Positions 60,316 to 64,000 of a DNA stretch of 64,000 bases are shown here, piece after piece; the first letter of the stretch is position 1; each line of letters starts with the position of its first letter. The notes beneath the pieces are model-generated. The model did no database searches, was not told where the DNA came from, and saw only the letters and a list, made by a program, of their open reading frames with translations. Source of the DNA: Verrucomicrobiota bacterium (GTDB lineage: Bacteria > Verrucomicrobiota > Verrucomicrobiia > Limisphaerales > JACRJZ01); NCBI GenBank assembly GCA_016219875.1, contig JACRJZ010000150.1:870-64869 (forward strand). The letters run 5' to 3'. The position numbers and the translations under genes were made by a program.

Positions 60316-62283
60316 ATGGCGCCGATGAGAAGCGGCGGACTTCTGGGAACGAGTTGGCGCGCGGGCTTGTGCCTGGCGGGCAGCCTGACGCTGGGAGCGG
60401 AGTCAGGGAACAACGCCGAGTTCCTCTCGCCCTCGGCCTTGGTGGCCTCGCCCAGCGGTCATCAACTCTACGTCGGTTGCGCGACCGCCAGCCAGTGCCT
60501 CGTCGTGGACACCGAACGTCTGCAAGTCACCCGGAGCCTTCCTTTGCCTGGGCCGTGTTCTGGATTGGCGCTGACAGCCGATGGAACGCGCCTCTTCCTG
60601 ACCAGCCCGTCGCCCGCCAGCCGGGTCTTCATCGTGGACACGACGACGGGCACAGTCGTCGGCTCAATGCCGGCAGGGCACACGGCGGTCGATCCGGTGT
60701 TGGCGGGCGACGGCACGACGCTCTTTGTGTGCAGCCGTTTCGACAACGTGATCCGGGTGCTGGACGTGGCGGCGCGCGTTGAGCGAGCGAGCATTCCCAT
60801 GTCGCGCGAGCCAATTTCGGAAGCACTGACGCCGGACGGGCAATGGTTGCTGGTGGCGAATCACCTGCCCACCGGGCCGGCGACCCTTCCGCACATCGCA
60901 GCCAAGGTCATCCTGGTGGATGCAGCCAAGCGGAGGGTTCAGAAGGAATTCCTCCTGCCCGATGGCAGCATGGAGTTGCGGGACATCCGGGTTTCACAGG
61001 ATGGGAATTGCGCGTGTGTGCCGCACTTGCTGGCGCGCTATCAAGATCCCACGGAGCGCATCGAGCGCGGCGCCATCAATCGCAACGTGCTGACCGTCCT
61101 CGACATCGCGCGTCGCACACTGCTGGGCACGGTGGCGCTGGATGAAGCGGGGCGCGGCGCAGCCAATCCGTGGGCTTTGGCCTGGTCTGGCGACGGACGC
61201 TGGCTCTGCGTCACGCACGCCGGCACGCACGAACTGAGCGTGATCGACTGGCCGGCCTTCGTGGCGAAACTTCGCTCTCGTTCGAGGCAATTGCAGAACC
61301 CCGTAGCAGCCGACGTGAGGAGGCTCAAACTTCAAGGGAAACAGAGCCTCCTCACGTCGGCTGCTACAGTTCTGAAAGAGGCTCGTTCTGCGGTTGTTTC
61401 CCCGCCGGGCGCGACCAATGACCTGACCGCCGACTTCGAGTTCCTTTCGGGACTCCGCCGTCGCGTGCCACTCACCGTCAACGGTCCCCGGTCGGTGGCA
61501 GTCGTCGGCTCGCGCGCTTTCGTGGCGGGGTACTTCTCGGATTCGCTGGACATCGTGGAACTCAGCCGCCCGGCGGCCGCGATCCGCTCAGTGGCCTTGG
61601 GGTCTTCGCCGACGACTTCGCGGAAGCGGCAAGGCGAAATGTTCTTCAACGACGCCACGCTTTGCCGGGAAGGCTGGCAGAGTTGTGCCAGTTGCCACGG
61701 GGACGATGGCCGGATCGATGCGTTGAATTGGGATTTGCCCAACGATGGCCTCGGCAATCCCAAGGACACCCGCAGCCTGGTCTTCGCGCAGAGCACGCCA
61801 CCTTCCATGAGCCTCGGCGTGCGGGCGAACTCCCGCGCCGCCGTCCGCGCCGGTCTCAAGAGCACTCTCTTCAGCGATGAACTCGAACCGGCGGCGAGCG
61901 CGATGGACGCCTGGATCAGATCGCTCCAACCGTTGCCCAGTCCTTATCTGGTCCACGGCGTTCTGTCGCCGGCCGCCCAACGCGGCGAGCGGCTGTTTCA
62001 CGACCCAAAGGTCGGATGCGCTTGGTGTCATCCGGCGGGGCTGTTCTCCGACTTGCGGAGCTACGATGTCGGCACGCGCGCGCGGACGGACCAGCCGGAC
62101 GACGTGTTCGATACCCCGACGCTGTGCGAAGTGTGGCGCACGGCACCGTATCTGCACGACGGCTCGGCCGGGACGCTGCGCGAAGTGTTGACCACGCGCA
62201 ATCCCGCCGACCGGCATGGACGGACCTCGCATCTCACGGTCGCGGAGATTGAAGCTCTGATCGCTTACCTGCTCTCGCTGTGA
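60316..62283 (+). CDS. beta-propeller (YVTN-type) protein fused to a C-terminal di-haem cytochrome c peroxidase/MauG-like domain
   Basis: N-terminal signal-like segment. Repeated LYVGC.../LFLTS.../LFVCS.../LLVAN... propeller blades. Haem motifs CASCH and CAWCH; TPTLCEVWRTAPYLHDGSAGTLREV is typical of the CCP family. It contains an in-frame family A repeat at 61302-61367. Confidence 0.7.
   Translation: MAPMRSGGLLGTSWRAGLCLAGSLTLGAESGNNAEFLSPSALVASPSGHQLYVGCATASQCLVVDTERLQVTRSLPLPGPCSGLALTADGTRLFLTSPSPASRVFIVDTTTGTVVGSMPAGHTAVDPVLAGDGTTLFVCSRFDNVIRVLDVAARVERASIPMSREPISEALTPDGQWLLVANHLPTGPATLPHIAAKVILVDAAKRRVQKEFLLPDGSMELRDIRVSQDGNCACVPHLLARYQDPTERIERGAINRNVLTVLDIARRTLLGTVALDEAGRGAANPWALAWSGDGRWLCVTHAGTHELSVIDWPAFVAKLRSRSRQLQNPVAADVRRLKLQGKQSLLTSAATVLKEARSAVVSPPGATNDLTADFEFLSGLRRRVPLTVNGPRSVAVVGSRAFVAGYFSDSLDIVELSRPAAAIRSVALGSSPTTSRKRQGEMFFNDATLCREGWQSCASCHGDDGRIDALNWDLPNDGLGNPKDTRSLVFAQSTPPSMSLGVRANSRAAVRAGLKSTLFSDELEPAASAMDAWIRSLQPLPSPYLVHGVLSPAAQRGERLFHDPKVGCAWCHPAGLFSDLRSYDVGTRARTDQPDDVFDTPTLCEVWRTAPYLHDGSAGTLREVLTTRNPADRHGRTSHLTVAEIEALIAYLLSL
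61302..61367. mobile_element. family A palindromic element (66 bp) inserted in frame within a coding sequence
   Basis: CGTAGCAGCCGACGTGAGGAGGCTC-AAACTTCAAGGGAAACA-GAGCCTCCTCACGTCGGCTGCTAC, translated as ...[25 protein letters not shown]... within ORF 60316..62283. Propeller-like sequence continues on both sides. Confidence 0.65.
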
Positions 62284-62288
62284 GGGCA

Positions 62289-62486
62289 GGGCTGCATCAA
62301 GCTCCCGCCCGGCGCACCGGGTAGCGCAGGTTTTCCAACCTGCCGTAGCGCCGACTTGCAGTCGGCCAGGCCGTGAAACTTTCAGCCGGCTGGCCTCGCC
62401 CAACGCTCGCCGGTTGGAAAGCCGGCGCTACGGCAGGCTGGAAAGCCTGCGCTACGAAGGCTCCCGAACCGAGCTTGATGCAGCCC
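62289..62486. repeat. family B MITE-like element, complete (198 bp, 16-17-bp terminal inverted repeats)
   Basis: Left GGGCTGCATCAAGCTCC, right GAGCTTGATGCAGCCC. The internal modules match 38734..38939 almost base for base. Confidence 0.7.
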
Positions 62487-62577
62487 CGCTGTGAGTGGGC
62501 GGGCCGAAAAAATCGTTGGCACGCCGCCGATCTTCCGTTAAGCCTCGCGGCAGAGTTTCACACAGAATGACACGGCC

Positions 62578-63900
62578 ATGAGTTCGAAGCACCGGAGACA
62601 TCGGGGACGAAACCGCCACGGGAAGCCGCACGGGCGCGCTTCGGAAACCAACCACGCGGACGGGCCGAACAGCGGCCCTTCTTCCGCCCGCAGCGACGCA
62701 CGGGGAAAAGGAGCCGCCGGATCGAGGATCTGGCTCGCCATGCTGGCGTTGGCGCTCCTGGCCGGCTTGGCCGTGTACGCGGTGAAAGTAATGAAAGCCG
62801 GCAAAGCGGCCAACGGCAGCAACCCTGGCTCGAACTTGCCTCCAGCGAGCGCCAGCGCCCCGGTGGTTCCGGTCGCGACCGCGCCGCCTGCTCCCGCTGC
62901 TCCGGCTGCTGTCCCCGTCAGTTCCGGCCCGAAAATCCAGTTCGCGTCGCTGACCTACGACTTTGGCAAAGCGAACGGCGATGACGTGGTGAATGGCCTC
63001 TTCACGTTCACCAACGTCGGCAATGCGCGGCTGGAGGTCACCGACGTGGCGCCTTCGTGCGGTTGCCTGAAAGTCGGCGAGTGGACGCGCACGGTCGAAG
63101 CCGGCCAGGCCGGTTCCATCGCCGTCCGATTTGACACTCACCACTACACGGGCTTTTTCGCGAAGTCAGTCTTCGTGACGTGCAACGACGCCAGCCAGCC
63201 CAAGTTGTCGCTGGAGATCAAGGGCAACATCTGGCGACCGATCGAAGTGACGCCGCCCACGGCGGTCCTCAACCTCAATGCCGAGAGTCCCTCCAACGCC
63301 ACGACGATCCGCATTGTCAGCCACCTGGACGACCCGCTCATCCTCTCGGACCTGACGAATACGAGCCGCGCGTTCGCCGTCGAGTTGCAGACCAACCAAC
63401 CGGGCAAGGCCTATCAACTGATCGTGAAGACCGCGCCGCCGTGGCCGAGGAGCAGTGTGCAGGGCCAGATCACGCTGAAGACCTCCGCCACAAACATGCC
63501 GGTGATCAACCTCATGGCTTGGGCGAACGTGCTGCCCGTGGTGATGGCCATTCCTCAAGTGGTCCGGCTGCCCGAGGCGCCGTTGACGAACCCGTTTACC
63601 GCCACGATCTGGGTCCAGAACAACGGGACGAACACGATCAAGTTGTCTGAACCCGCCGTGAACGCGAAAGGGGTGACGGCGAGAATCCGGGAGGACCAGC
63701 CGGGCCGGATGAGCACCGTGATGATGGATTTCCCGACGGGATTTGAAATCGCTGCCGGCGAGAAGGTCGAACTGAGCGTCAAGTCCACGCACCCGCTCTT
63801 CCCCACCATCAAGGTGCCGATGATGCAGGCGCCGCGTCTTGCGCCGGTCGCAGTGCCGTCGCCAAAACCGCCTGCCCAAACGAATTCGGCTGGGAAGTGA
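62578..63900 (+). CDS. membrane-anchored DUF1573-domain protein
   Basis: Basic cytoplasmic N-terminus, transmembrane segment IWLAMLALALLAGLAVYAV, Pro/Ala linker, then a DUF1573-like module (FDFG..., NVGNARLEVTDVAPSCGCL) followed by further beta-rich repeats. Confidence 0.6.
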   Translation: MSSKHRRHRGRNRHGKPHGRASETNHADGPNSGPSSARSDARGKGAAGSRIWLAMLALALLAGLAVYAVKVMKAGKAANGSNPGSNLPPASASAPVVPVATAPPAPAAPAAVPVSSGPKIQFASLTYDFGKANGDDVVNGLFTFTNVGNARLEVTDVAPSCGCLKVGEWTRTVEAGQAGSIAVRFDTHHYTGFFAKSVFVTCNDASQPKLSLEIKGNIWRPIEVTPPTAVLNLNAESPSNATTIRIVSHLDDPLILSDLTNTSRAFAVELQTNQPGKAYQLIVKTAPPWPRSSVQGQITLKTSATNMPVINLMAWANVLPVVMAIPQVVRLPEAPLTNPFTATIWVQNNGTNTIKLSEPAVNAKGVTARIREDQPGRMSTVMMDFPTGFEIAAGEKVELSVKSTHPLFPTIKVPMMQAPRLAPVAVPSPKPPAQTNSAGK

Positions 63901-63930
63901 TCCGGGCTGGATCGCGCTCGGCCAGCAGAA

Positions 63931-63960
63931 CTCTGTAGCAGCCGACGTGAGGAGGCTCAG
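63931..63960. repeat. family A element, first arm (window ends before the second arm)
   Basis: CTGTAGCAGCCGACGTGAGGAGGCTCAG. Confidence 0.45.
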
Positions 63961-64000
63961 GTCGGTGGGGCGAGCGTCCCCGCGAGCCGCCCAAGATCCA

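Overview
This is a high-GC (roughly 65%) bacterial chromosomal window with dense coding, no rRNA or tRNA genes, and no CRISPR array. The gene content (Rho with a long Pro/Ala/Arg/Gly-rich N-terminal extension, TAT-signal Gfo/Idh/MocA oxidoreductases, DUF1573, DUF2961/GH172, many secreted hydrolases) suggests a Verrucomicrobiota- or Planctomycetota-like organism; that is a guess, not a determination. From start to end, the supportable genes are: ferredoxin-NADP reductase, a GT4 glycosyltransferase, a HicA/HicB pair, a secreted phosphoesterase, a large beta-helix protein, a PaaK-like adenylate-forming ligase, a BamE-like lipoprotein, an M48/Ste24 peptidase, two secreted hypothetical proteins, galM, panC, a phospholipase-D-family protein, a HAD hydrolase, comM/yifB, a signalling operon (PAS/GAF histidine kinase, a REC-Hpt-REC protein, and a ~1600-aa REC-Hpt-REC-PAS-coiled-coil protein), a sugar nucleotidyltransferase, ptsI, a DUF2961 protein, a single 721-codon ORF encoding LMW-PTP, RpiB and serine hydroxymethyltransferase in one frame, rho, a Gfo/Idh/MocA oxidoreductase, a RelE/ParE toxin-antitoxin pair, ribD, rpsU, a sugar-phosphate isomerase, a flippase-like membrane protein, lolE and lolD, a second Gfo/Idh/MocA oxidoreductase, apbE, a DEAD-box helicase, an NfeD-flotillin pair, a purple-acid-phosphatase-like protein with a TPR partner, rpsT, a beta-propeller fused to a di-haem cytochrome c peroxidase-like domain, and a DUF1573 protein. 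Intergenic space is dominated by at least four families of small palindromic (MITE/REP-like) repeats: family A is a ~66-90 bp hairpin with arms CGTAGCAGCCGACGTGAGGAGGCTC; family B is a ~200 bp element with 16-17 bp terminal inverted repeats GGGCTGCATCAAGCTC; family C has the core CCGGGCCTACAG...CTGTAGGCCCGG; family D has the core CCCTCACCCCGGCCCTCTCCCATCCGATGGGAGAGGG. One family A copy sits in frame inside a coding sequence. Many long ORFs in the supplied track are antisense shadows of real genes, which is common at this GC content, and were not called. Every product assignment rests on motifs read directly from the translations; no database search was run.
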